The notes beneath the pieces were generated by a model. It searched no databases and was not told the DNA's origin. It saw only the letters and a list, made by a program, of their open reading frames with translations. DNA of 64,000 nucleotides, from contig CALCCF010000031.1 of assembly GCA_937899905.1 (NCBI GenBank), positions 3,612-67,611 of the forward strand. Direction: 5' to 3'. Shown piece after piece: positions 27,989 through 38,694 of the stretch (position 1 is its first letter; each line of letters begins with the position of its first letter). The DNA is from an uncultured Phycisphaeraceae bacterium (GTDB lineage Bacteria > Planctomycetota > Phycisphaerae > Phycisphaerales > UBA1924). Both the position numbers and the translations under genes were made by a program.

Positions 27989-29362
27989 TCACCGGCCGAG
28001 TACTACCGCCGCGCACTGCCCACCGAGGGCGTGCGTGCACACAAGCACGCCCTCGAGCGTTGCCACCCGTGACTCGGCGGCACTCGCCCGGAGGTCATCC
28101 GGTGCTGCGCCGCCTCGTGGGCGCGCGGGCAGGCTGCGATGCCTGAGCGCGAGCGCTGCGGCCGCGAGCAGCAGCGAACCCCCGGCGGCCATGGTCTCGC
28201 CGAGCATGGGGCTCAGGAAGCAGAGCTCGATCTCGCTCGCTCGATCCCCGAACACCGCGTGCAGCGCTCGTTGTTCTGCCTCGTCGAGTGCACGCTCACC
28301 CGCGCCGTGGCAGAATATGGCGTCGATGGCGCTCGGATCTGTGCCCGCGTCGCGCAGGGCGGATCGCATCGCCTGCGTAAGTGCGTCATCGAGTCCGTCG
28401 GCCGTGCCGCCCGCGCTCGCACCCAGCCCGGCCATCACGGGCGCACCGTCGCTCAAGGGTGGCACGGCCTGCGAAGCGCCGAAGCCCAGCAGCGTCGCGA
28501 TTTGCTCCACACCGCGCGACTCGGCGGCGTTGGCTCGCTCGAGGACGCACACCGCCGCGCCCTCGCCAGGCACGCTGCCGATCGCGTCGGGTGAGAACGG
28601 CCGAACGAGTGTCGCTGGGTCGACTTGGCCGAGCGCACGTGTCTCGGCCAGCCGCCCGACGAGACACAGCCGTTCGATGGCGAGGTGGTTTACCCGGCTG
28701 TCGCCGCTGCCCGCGAGGCTCGCGTCCGCGTCTCCTCGTTCGATGACGCGCATGGCCTCGCCAATCGACAGCAGCCCGCTGGCTTCCCCGGCGGTGATGG
28801 TGTTGCTCGGTCCCTTGGCCTCGTGCAAGATGCTCACGTGGCACGCCAGCATGTTGGGTAGGTACTTGAGCATCCATAGCGGCGTGAGCTGGCCCATGCC
28901 CGTTTCGCCCCAGGCGTGCATGTCCCAGGTGCTATCGTCACCCTTCGCGGCGTGCATGGCGCGCGCGAGCTCGGGAATCTCCGGCGCGAGAAGTGCCGCG
29001 CCGATGTGCGTGCCGAGTCGGTGGGGCTCATACGCACGGGTCTCGTCCTCGCCCGTGCCCAGGCGTGCAGACGCGGCTGCCTCGTAGGCCGCGACGACCG
29101 CCAGCTCGATGTCCCTGGCCATGACCCGGGCGAACTTTCGGTAGTGTTTGGGCAGGTGGTCCTTCATGGCCAGCGGTGGGGCCTCGGCGGCCAGCTGGCA
29201 GGCGAAGGAAGACGCGTCGAGGGTTTCCGGCTCGCGGATCATGCATCGGCCGGTGGTGAGGCCGTCCCAGAACGCCTCGATGCCCACACCGAAGGCGGAC
29301 ACCACACCCAGTCCCGTGATCGCGATCGGTTCGGCCATGAGCCGCAGTGTATTGCCGGACAC
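27989..29362 (-). CDS. Beta-ketoacyl-ACP synthase-like protein (thiolase fold) lacking the catalytic Cys and the second His
   Basis: The KAS I/II-like N-terminus reads ITGLGVVSAFGVGIEAFWDGL. The active-site region reads GPSNTITAGEASGLLSIGEA where FabF has ATACTSG. The first His is retained (IFCHGAGE). The second-His motif reads SPMLGETMAAGG where FabF has SMTGHLLGAAG. Confidence 0.7.
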   Translation of the reverse strand: MSGNTLRLMAEPIAITGLGVVSAFGVGIEAFWDGLTTGRCMIREPETLDASSFACQLAAEAPPLAMKDHLPKHYRKFARVMARDIELAVVAAYEAAASARLGTGEDETRAYEPHRLGTHIGAALLAPEIPELARAMHAAKGDDSTWDMHAWGETGMGQLTPLWMLKYLPNMLACHVSILHEAKGPSNTITAGEASGLLSIGEAMRVIERGDADASLAGSGDSRVNHLAIERLCLVGRLAETRALGQVDPATLVRPFSPDAIGSVPGEGAAVCVLERANAAESRGVEQIATLLGFGASQAVPPLSDGAPVMAGLGASAGGTADGLDDALTQAMRSALRDAGTDPSAIDAIFCHGAGERALDEAEQRALHAVFGDRASEIELCFLSPMLGETMAAGGSLLLAAAALALRHRSLPARPRGGAAPDDLRASAAESRVATLEGVLVCTHALGGQCAAVVLGR

Positions 29363-29401
29363 CTTTGGGCCTCTCGCGGACCGCCTGCCGATACCTAGCC
29401 C

Positions 29402-29878
29402 GTGTCCCGTGCCCCTCTATCTCGCATTGATACCGGTTGGCCGCTGCTCTTGGCCGGGTTGGCCCTCGTGGCCGCCGTTGTGCTGATCCCTGCGTGGGAC
29501 GAGCTCGAGCGCGTCCGCTTCGAGCGGGACAAGCTGCTGGCGATGGACGCCCAGGGGCGCGAGCGGATCCGCCGCCAGGCCCGCTACCTCGCCGCCCTGG
29601 AGCGCGGCGACGAGGCGCTCGTCCGCTCGCTCGCATTGGACCAGATGCGGCTCGTGCCCGCGGGCCGCTCGGCCGTGCTCGAGCCGCCGCCGCCGGGCCC
29701 GGTCGACATCTACGCGCAGCTCGAGCCGCCGCCCAGGACGCTGACCGCCCCGGTGCCGGCCGACAGCGCGCTCGCCCGCTTGGCCCGCCGCGACCGCGTT
29801 CGTCCTTGGCTGCTGGGCTTGGGGGCGTTGATGGTGTTGGTGGGGGTTGTGGTGGGCAGCGGGGGTGTTCGGAGATAG
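29402..29878 (+). CDS. Hypothetical 2-TM membrane protein
   Basis: It has a GTG start 40 nt from the divergent KAS-like start. An N-terminal TM (WPLLLAGLALVAAVVLIPAW) is followed by a coiled/charged segment, a Pro-rich linker and a C-terminal TM. Confidence 0.45.
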   Translation: MSRAPLSRIDTGWPLLLAGLALVAAVVLIPAWDELERVRFERDKLLAMDAQGRERIRRQARYLAALERGDEALVRSLALDQMRLVPAGRSAVLEPPPPGPVDIYAQLEPPPRTLTAPVPADSALARLARRDRVRPWLLGLGALMVLVGVVVGSGGVRR

Positions 29879-29997
29879 TCCCGCGATGGAACGCGCTGCT
29901 GGCTGGCGTCTGCGCGATCCGTCGATGCGTGTTCATCGATGTGTTGAGCAATTGTGGCGGGAGTCGTGCAACGCATTGTCGAGAGAGGAGATATCCG

Positions 29998-32364
<2,367 letters not shown>

Positions 32365-32517
32365 GGGTGCGTCTCCTCCGAGGTCGTGCGGGAACATCCA
32401 CAACCGCCGGTAGATCGCGACCATCGTGGCGTTCGATCGCGACTCCGTTCGCCCCGATCGCCAGCGGCCCCGCCGCCCCCCGCCGCCCCGCGGCCTCGCC
32501 GTCTCGGAAGCCAGCGC

Positions 32518-33249
32518 CTACGTCCGGCGCTGGCGGCGTCGGCCGAGCAGCAAGCCAGCGCCCACAAGGGCAATCGTGCCGACGCCGGGCGCTGGCACAA
32601 CGACCAGCGAGAAGTCGTCCAGGTGGCTCCACGCGTCCGGCCCGCGGGTGCCCTGCACGGTTAGGAACGACGCGTCCTCGGGCGCAAGGAAGTCGAATTG
32701 GACGCGCTGCCAGCCGTCGTCGGAGATGATGTCGGTCGTCTGGATCAGCGTGCCGAACGCGTCGGGCACATCGCTGATGCCGATGTCAAGGCCCGCGAGT
32801 TCGGGGCTGAACGTTTCGGTCACCGAAACCGCCTGGAACGAGAGCGTGTACAGCGTGCCGGCTTGGATGGGGGCCAGCAGATCGAACGAGAACGCGTCGA
32901 TGCCCGCGCCGTCGCCGCCGTGCGTCAGGCCGACCTTCCAGAGGCCATCGGCCGGCAGCGGGCTGAACCCCGCCCGGCCGTCCATGATGTCCAACTCGCC
33001 GATCCCGCCGCCGGTCCCGGGCCGATCGCTGAACGCGGTGACGTTGGCCATGAACGAGTCGAACTCGGGATTGTTGAGGTTGAAGCGGGTCTGGTCGGTC
33101 GTCGTGTCCTCGAAGCTGGGGTTCACGATGAGGTTCTGGCCCATGGCCGGTGCGGCCAGCATCGCCAGGAGTCCCACACCGCTCGCCACGTCCAGGGCCC
33201 ACCGCTGGTGTCCCCGCCGGCCCAATCGTGCGCTCGCGTGATCGCTCAT
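32518..33249 (-). CDS. Secreted jelly-roll-like protein with a PEP-CTERM-like sorting tail
   Basis: The ATG at 33249 is preceded by GGGAGG. A signal region ends AMLAAPAMGQ. NLIVNPSFED is typical of CBM-like or DUF642-like domains. The C-terminus VVPAPGVGTIALVGAGLLLGRRRQRRT is a P-x-P motif, a TM helix and an Arg cluster. Confidence 0.65.
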   Translation of the reverse strand: MSDHASARLGRRGHQRWALDVASGVGLLAMLAAPAMGQNLIVNPSFEDTTTDQTRFNLNNPEFDSFMANVTAFSDRPGTGGGIGELDIMDGRAGFSPLPADGLWKVGLTHGGDGAGIDAFSFDLLAPIQAGTLYTLSFQAVSVTETFSPELAGLDIGISDVPDAFGTLIQTTDIISDDGWQRVQFDFLAPEDASFLTVQGTRGPDAWSHLDDFSLVVVPAPGVGTIALVGAGLLLGRRRQRRT

Positions 33250-33725
33250 CCCACATACCTCCCAGATCTGTTGTACCTTGGTCGTGTCTCTCGACCCTGT
33301 CTTGTCTCGCCAATGAGATGCCGCCGCGACATCCTCTCCAAGACGCCGCCGCATAGTCAGTGTAACAAAGGTCCGCCCTAGAACCGCCGGCAATTCACAC
33401 CCGCGAGCGATTCGTGGCTCGCGTGGCGTTGGGCGTTTGGGCGCTGTGCGGAGAGATCGCGCTGGCGCCGGGATCCGCCGCGCGTCTCGGCACGAGCTCG
33501 CGGCAGCGTCGCGACACGAGAAAGCGAGGGGCCCGGCTTCCACCGATCCCCCCGCTCACACGGAACGTCCCGGTCGCTCACGCCGCGTCGCGCTGGCCCG
33601 AGCCCTGGGTGAGCACCATCGACTCGTTGCCGGCGTCGCAGCGAATCATGGCCCATGCACAGGCCCGGTGGGGTTCGACTCGGGTTCGTCGCCGAACGTG
33701 GCGGTGACAGGGCGGTGGCGGACGT

Positions 33726-34313
33726 CTAGCGCCCTTGGTACCACGCGAGGCCACCGTCGAAACGACCCGTCGCAATCAACCGATCATTTTCCATGTAGAA
33801 CGCTCGTGCCCCGTAAAACCAATCGGGCGCCATCGCTCGCTCGGCAGTTGTCATGTGCATGTTGGCGCGGTCGAGGAACTTGGTGAGATCAGCACGATAA
33901 TGGCTGAAGAAGTGTGCCGTTGCGGGCACCAGCACGTCGTCGTCGATCATGCCCTTTCGTCGGAGCAACTGAATCTTTGCCAGAAAGAAGAGTATCCTGC
34001 TCAGTGCATGCGCTTCGGCAAAGTTCCTTCCCCACGGCGGCACTGCTTCCAGTCCGCGGCTGGTCATGAAGGACTTCGCTTCCGAGTCCAGCAATTCGGG
34101 ATCATACTTTGCGTCGATGAAGAACTTGATGCAGTACTCCCGCGCGGTCTGCATCGAATCTCCGTGGAGCTCTTCGAGTATTTGTAGGGTCAACGTCCGC
34201 CGTTGCCATCTGTTCGCCACCCGTGCAGCGGCAAACGCGATGACTATCGGAACGACGATGCCGACGAGTACGGCCATCCATACGAGTTCTGAATTGGACG
34301 TAAAAAAGTTCAC
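33726..34313 (-). CDS. Hypothetical membrane-anchored protein in a low-GC gene
   Basis: This 195-aa ORF has an N-terminal TM (LVWMAVLVGIVVPIVIAFAAA) and a helical body. Spot GC is about 50% against about 70% in the flanks. No motif is recognised with confidence. Confidence 0.55.
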   Translation of the reverse strand: MNFFTSNSELVWMAVLVGIVVPIVIAFAAARVANRWQRRTLTLQILEELHGDSMQTAREYCIKFFIDAKYDPELLDSEAKSFMTSRGLEAVPPWGRNFAEAHALSRILFFLAKIQLLRRKGMIDDDVLVPATAHFFSHYRADLTKFLDRANMHMTTAERAMAPDWFYGARAFYMENDRLIATGRFDGGLAWYQGR

Positions 34314-34385
34314 CTTCGTGTTCTCCCGATGATCGTCGATTTCGCAAGCAAATATTCGAACAGAATCGGACTATACTGATTCTTC

Positions 34386-34907
34386 GTGCCCCTCACCTTC
34401 CGCCCCCGACACCGCCTCACCCACGTGCGCGAGTTCCAGGCCGTGTACGGGGCCCGCTGCCGCAAGAGCGCGGGGCCGCTGACGGTGTTCGCGCGGCCGA
34501 CGGATCGCGACGAGCCCAGGCTGGGGCTGAGCGTCGGCAAGAGGGTCGGCAAGGCCCACGTCCGCGTCGCGGCCAAGCGGGCCGTCCGCGAGGCCTTCCG
34601 GCACACGCAGCACGACCTGCCGGCGTGGGCGGTCGGCGACGCCGGCGGCGGGCGGACCGGCCGCTACGACCTGGTCGTCCAGGTCCGTGCGCACGAGCCG
34701 CTGCCAGCGACCGAGTACCAGCGCCTGCTGCTCGAGCTGGCGCACGCCTGCCACGAGGTGTGGGCGAAGCGACTGGCCAAGTCCCCTGCCGACCCATTGC
34801 CCATTGCCCAATCCCCATTGCCCGCCAAGCGTCCAAGGTCTTCCGGGGGCAATGGGCAACGGGCATTGGGCAATGGGTGGGAACGCGCGAAGGGCGACGC
34901 GCCGTGA
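34386..34907 (+). CDS. rnpA: Ribonuclease P protein component, with a C-terminal extension of about 45 aa
   Basis: RLTHVREFQAVYGARCRKSAGPLTVFARP...RLGLSVGKRVGKAHVRVAAKRAVREAFR is the RnpA core. yidD follows. The 3' extension runs through a heptamer inverted repeat. Confidence 0.85.
   Translation: MPLTFRPRHRLTHVREFQAVYGARCRKSAGPLTVFARPTDRDEPRLGLSVGKRVGKAHVRVAAKRAVREAFRHTQHDLPAWAVGDAGGGRTGRYDLVVQVRAHEPLPATEYQRLLLELAHACHEVWAKRLAKSPADPLPIAQSPLPAKRPRSSGGNGQRALGNGWERAKGDAP
34793..34877. repeat. Inverted pair of 4 x 7-nt arrays (CCCATTG units / GGGCAAT units) separated by 23 nt
   Basis: The left arm, 34793-34823, is cccattg-cccattg-cccaatc-cccattg-ccc. The right arm, 34847-34877, is gggcaat-gggcaac-gggcatt-gggcaat-ggg. 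The arms are complementary at 27 of 31 positions. Confidence 0.8.
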
Positions 34908-35239
34908 GCGGGCCGTGCGTGCCCGAGCACGACGGCCCGCGGCCGTGGCTCGAAACGCCGCTGCGTCGCGCCGCCATCGCGCCCTTCACCGGCCCGATCC
35001 GGCTGTATCGCCTGACGCTCAGCCCGATCCTCGGGCGGCAGTGCCGCTTCCGACCTACGTGCAGCTGCTACGCGCTGGAGGCCTACCACACGCACGGCCC
35101 GGTGCGGGGCACGCGGCTGATGCTCTGGCGGCTGCTGCGGTGCCAGCCGTTCTGCAGGGGCGGGTACGACCCGGTGCCGCCGTCGGAGGCCGCCGACGGC
35201 TCCAATCTCGGCAAGGCATCGGCTTCTAGTCAGGGCTAA
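34904..35239 (+). CDS. yidD: Membrane protein insertion efficiency factor YidD
   Basis: IRLYRLTLSPILGRQCRFRPTCSCYALEAYHTHGPVRGTRLMLWRLLRCQPFCRGGYDPVP is present. A GTG at 34904 overlaps the rnpA stop (GTGA). The exact start is uncertain; a later GTG at 34919 is possible. Confidence 0.8.
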   Translation: MSGPCVPEHDGPRPWLETPLRRAAIAPFTGPIRLYRLTLSPILGRQCRFRPTCSCYALEAYHTHGPVRGTRLMLWRLLRCQPFCRGGYDPVPPSEAADGSNLGKASASSQG

Positions 35240-35324
35240 CATATTCCTTGTCGTAATCGGCGGGCTCGACCGACCCGAGGCAGCCCCGGATTGCATACCG
35301 CCCATCTTCTCCGGGAGGCCGGCC

Positions 35325-35939
35325 TTGCCCAGGTTGCCAGCGGCCGAGCGCCGAGCCCAACTCCTCGAGACGGCCGCCGAGCTCTTCGCCGAGCACGGGT
35401 ACGCGCGGGCCACGACGAGCCAGCTGGCCAAGGCCGCAGGCGTCACCGAGCCGATCATCTATCGCCACTTCGGCTCCAAGCGCGACCTGTTCATCGCCCT
35501 GGTCCGCCGCACCAGCGAGGAGACCATCGAGTTCTGGGAGCAGCGGCTCGCCGAGGCGGCCTCGCCCGCCGATCGGCTGTCGATGCTCGTGGACGGTAAC
35601 CCGATGGTGCACCCGCGCTTCCACAACGCCTACCGCGTCATCCTGCAAGCCATCACCGAGGTGGGCGACGACGGCATCGCCGAGGCCCTGCGTGAGCACA
35701 TGGACACGGTCCACGCGTTCCTGGCCCGGGAGATCGAGAGCGGCCAGCGGGCCCACAAGGTCACGGGCCGGTACAGCCCCGAGTTGATCGCCTGGCTGCT
35801 GATCGACGTCGGCCTTGGCTTCGGCGTGCTGACCGCCTGGGGCGTCAAGGGCCACGGCACCGACGCCGACGGCGGGCACGTCTCCGACGCCATCAAGCGC
35901 ATGCTGCTGGGTAAGCCGCGCAAGGACTCGGGCGCGTAG
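35325..35939 (+). CDS. TetR/AcrR family transcriptional regulator
   Basis: The N-terminal HTH is RRAQLLETAAELFAEHGYARATTSQLAKAAGVTEPIIYRHFGSKRDLF. Confidence 0.85.
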   Translation: MPRLPAAERRAQLLETAAELFAEHGYARATTSQLAKAAGVTEPIIYRHFGSKRDLFIALVRRTSEETIEFWEQRLAEAASPADRLSMLVDGNPMVHPRFHNAYRVILQAITEVGDDGIAEALREHMDTVHAFLAREIESGQRAHKVTGRYSPELIAWLLIDVGLGFGVLTAWGVKGHGTDADGGHVSDAIKRMLLGKPRKDSGA

Positions 35940-35967
35940 GCCGCCGCGACCGGCAACCCTCTACGCT

Positions 35968-38694
35968 GTGGGCGTGCCGGACGTCAAAGACGCCAATCCC
36001 AACGCGAGATCGGTCGCGAACGCCGTGCTGGCCGGGCGGAAGCTCACGCCCGCGATGCGCCAGTTCCACGAGTTCAAGGACCGCTATCCGGGCTGCGTGC
36101 TGCTCTTTCGCATGGGCGACTTCTACGAGCTCTTCTACGAGGATGCCGTCGAGGTGTCTAAGGCCATCGGCCTGACGCTCACCGAGCGCAGCCCGGGCCA
36201 GCCGATGGCCGGCGTGCCGCACCATCAGTTAGACAACTACCTCTGCAAGCTCATCGACCACGGCTTCCGTGTCGCGATCGCCGATCAGGTTCAGGATCCC
36301 AAGGAAGCCAAGGGTGTTGTGGAACGCGCCGTGACGCGCGTGCTCACGCCCGGGACGCTGGTCGACGACGATCTGCTCGAAGCGCGACCGTCCGGAGGGA
36401 CGCTCGCGGCAGCCTACCTCGACGGCGACGGCGTGTCGATCGCCGCGCTCGATGTCTCGACCGGCGCGTTCACGCTCGACTCGGCGCCACTGGCAAACCT
36501 GTCCGATTGCCTCTCGCGCTTCGCCGTCGCCGAGCTCTTGCTGCCCGACGACTGCCCCGCCGGCGTGCGCAGCCGCATCGACATCGACGCGGGGCGCACG
36601 AACACGGCGATCACCGAGCGCCCCGCGTGGCACTATCGCTCGAGCGAGTCACGTGAAGCCGTGCTCGCGCACTACGCCGTCGCCTCGGTCGAGGGCTTTG
36701 GGCTGAAGAGCGACGATCCCGCGCTCATCGCCGCGGGTGCCGTTCTGCGTTACGCCGCCGAGACGCAGACGCCCGCGGGATCACCGGGCAAGGACCGGCT
36801 CGTCCCAACGCTCGAGTACATCCGCCCGCCGAAGCGGGCGGCAACGGACGACCGGCTCATCCTCGACGCGACAAGCCTGCGTGCGCTCGAGATCGAACGC
36901 ACGATCCGCCGCAACGGCGTTGATGGCTCGCTCGTGGGCGAGGTTCTCGACGGTGGCGGGTGCGCGACCGCGCTCGGCCGCCGGCAGATCGCTGCGTGGC
37001 TGCGCGAGCCCTCGGCCAAGCTCGCCGAGATCGAGGCTCGCCATGCCGCCGTCGCCGCGTTGGCCGAGGACACTAGACAAGCCGGCGACCTCAAAGAGGC
37101 GCTCGAGCCGATCCAGGACATCGCCCGCATCGCCGCCCGCCTGGCGCTCGGTCGCGCCAGCCCACGCGACCTGGTCGGGCTCGGCCAATCGCTCGCCGCG
37201 CTGCCCACGGCGTGCGCCTCGTGCGCGAACACGCCCTCGCTCGCGGGCTTCGCGAACGCGCTCCAAGGCACGATCGAGGCGCTCGCGCCGCTGGCCGAGA
37301 GCATCACCGCCGCTTGCGTCGAGCGACCGCCCGCTCGGCTCACCGACGGTGGGCTCATCCGCGACGGCGTCGATACCGAACTCGATGAGGCGCGAGCGCT
37401 GCAGCACGACGCGGGCCAGTGGCTCGCCGACTTCCAGCAGCGGCTCGCGAACGAACTGGATATCCCCGCGATCCGCGTTGGGTACAACAAGGTCTTCGGA
37501 TACTACATCGAGCTCTCCGCCGCCCAGGCCAAGGAGCACGGCGACACGCTCGTCTCGGCTGGCTTGAGTAGGAAGCAGACCCTCAAGAACGCCGAGCGGT
37601 ACGTCAACGACGAACTGCGTCATTTCGAGCACCGGGTGCAGACCGCCGAGGCGCGGGCCCTCGATCGAGAGCGTGTGCTCTTCGATCAGCTGTGCTTAAA
37701 GGCCCGCGACCACATCGAGCCGATCGGCCGGGCCGCCGAAGCCATCGCCACGCTCGACGCCTTGTCCTGCTTTGGCTCCCTTGCCCGTAAGCGCGGCTGG
37801 ATCCGCCCCGAGATGCTCGAGGCGCCGATCCTTGAGCTCACGAGCGCACGCCACCCGGTGCTTGAGCGGACGCTCGCCGACCGGCTCGTGCCCAACGACG
37901 CCATCCTCAACGACGACGCTCGCCTGGCGATCATCACCGGCCCGAACATGGCCGGCAAGAGCACCTACATCCGCACGGCCGCGCTGCTCGTCGTCCTCGC
38001 GCACGCCGGCTCGTTCGTGCCCGCGCAGCACGCGCGCATCGGCCTCGCAGACCGGGTGTTCACGCGCGTGGGCGCCGACGACGCGCTGCACGATGGGCAG
38101 AGCACGTTCATGGTCGAGATGGCCGAGACCGCCGCGATCCTCAATAACGCGACCGCGAGGTCGATGGTCGTACTCGACGAGATCGGGCGCGGCACCAGCA
38201 CGCTCGACGGCCTGAGCCTCGCCCGCGCCATCACCGAGAGCCTCGCCGGCGGTACCAACAGCCCGGGCCCGCGCACGCTCTTCGCCACGCACTACCACGA
38301 GCTCACGACGCTCGAAGAAGACCGCCCGGGCCTCGTCCGCAACCTCGCCGTCCGCGTGCGTGAGGTCGGCGACGAGGTCGTGTTCCTGCACCACGTCGAG
38401 CCCGGGCGTGCCGACCGCAGCTACGGCGTGCAGGTCGCGCGGCTCGCGGGGATCCCGCCCAAGGTTGTCGAGCGGGCCGCAGAGGTCCTCGCCTCGCTCT
38501 CGGTGCTGGAAGACAACGCCACCCCGTCCGCACCAAAGCAACGCGAGCCCCAGCTCCCGCTCTTCGCACGCTCAGAACCGCATCCAGCTGTCGATCGCCT
38601 CGCGGACGTGAAGCTTGAGTCGCTCACACCGCTGGATGCATTCGACTTGTTGCGCGAACTGCATGGGTTGGTCGGTGACGACAAGACCACATGA
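35968..38694 (+). CDS. mutS: DNA mismatch repair protein MutS
   Basis: TPAMRQFHEFKDRYPGCVLLFRMGDFYELF, the Walker A ITGPNMAGKSTYIR, STFMVEMAETA and VVLDEIGRGTSTLDG are present. Confidence 0.95.
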   Translation: MGVPDVKDANPNARSVANAVLAGRKLTPAMRQFHEFKDRYPGCVLLFRMGDFYELFYEDAVEVSKAIGLTLTERSPGQPMAGVPHHQLDNYLCKLIDHGFRVAIADQVQDPKEAKGVVERAVTRVLTPGTLVDDDLLEARPSGGTLAAAYLDGDGVSIAALDVSTGAFTLDSAPLANLSDCLSRFAVAELLLPDDCPAGVRSRIDIDAGRTNTAITERPAWHYRSSESREAVLAHYAVASVEGFGLKSDDPALIAAGAVLRYAAETQTPAGSPGKDRLVPTLEYIRPPKRAATDDRLILDATSLRALEIERTIRRNGVDGSLVGEVLDGGGCATALGRRQIAAWLREPSAKLAEIEARHAAVAALAEDTRQAGDLKEALEPIQDIARIAARLALGRASPRDLVGLGQSLAALPTACASCANTPSLAGFANALQGTIEALAPLAESITAACVERPPARLTDGGLIRDGVDTELDEARALQHDAGQWLADFQQRLANELDIPAIRVGYNKVFGYYIELSAAQAKEHGDTLVSAGLSRKQTLKNAERYVNDELRHFEHRVQTAEARALDRERVLFDQLCLKARDHIEPIGRAAEAIATLDALSCFGSLARKRGWIRPEMLEAPILELTSARHPVLERTLADRLVPNDAILNDDARLAIITGPNMAGKSTYIRTAALLVVLAHAGSFVPAQHARIGLADRVFTRVGADDALHDGQSTFMVEMAETAAILNNATARSMVVLDEIGRGTSTLDGLSLARAITESLAGGTNSPGPRTLFATHYHELTTLEEDRPGLVRNLAVRVREVGDEVVFLHHVEPGRADRSYGVQVARLAGIPPKVVERAAEVLASLSVLEDNATPSAPKQREPQLPLFARSEPHPAVDRLADVKLESLTPLDAFDLLRELHGLVGDDKTT

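Noticed and set aside
29437-29997. The N-terminal 187 codons of the 975-aa track ORF.
   Set aside because: The extension is a low-complexity Arg/Ala/Gly/Pro translation overlapping the better-supported membrane-protein ORF 29402-29878 in another frame. The ATG at 29998 has a GAGAGGAG RBS and gives a signal peptide.
33640-33700. A GGTTCGACTC string resembling a tRNA T-loop in the non-coding gap upstream of the PEP-CTERM-like gene.
   Set aside because: The flanking bases do not form a T-stem, acceptor stem or anticodon arm. It is probably a chance match, or at most a decayed fragment.
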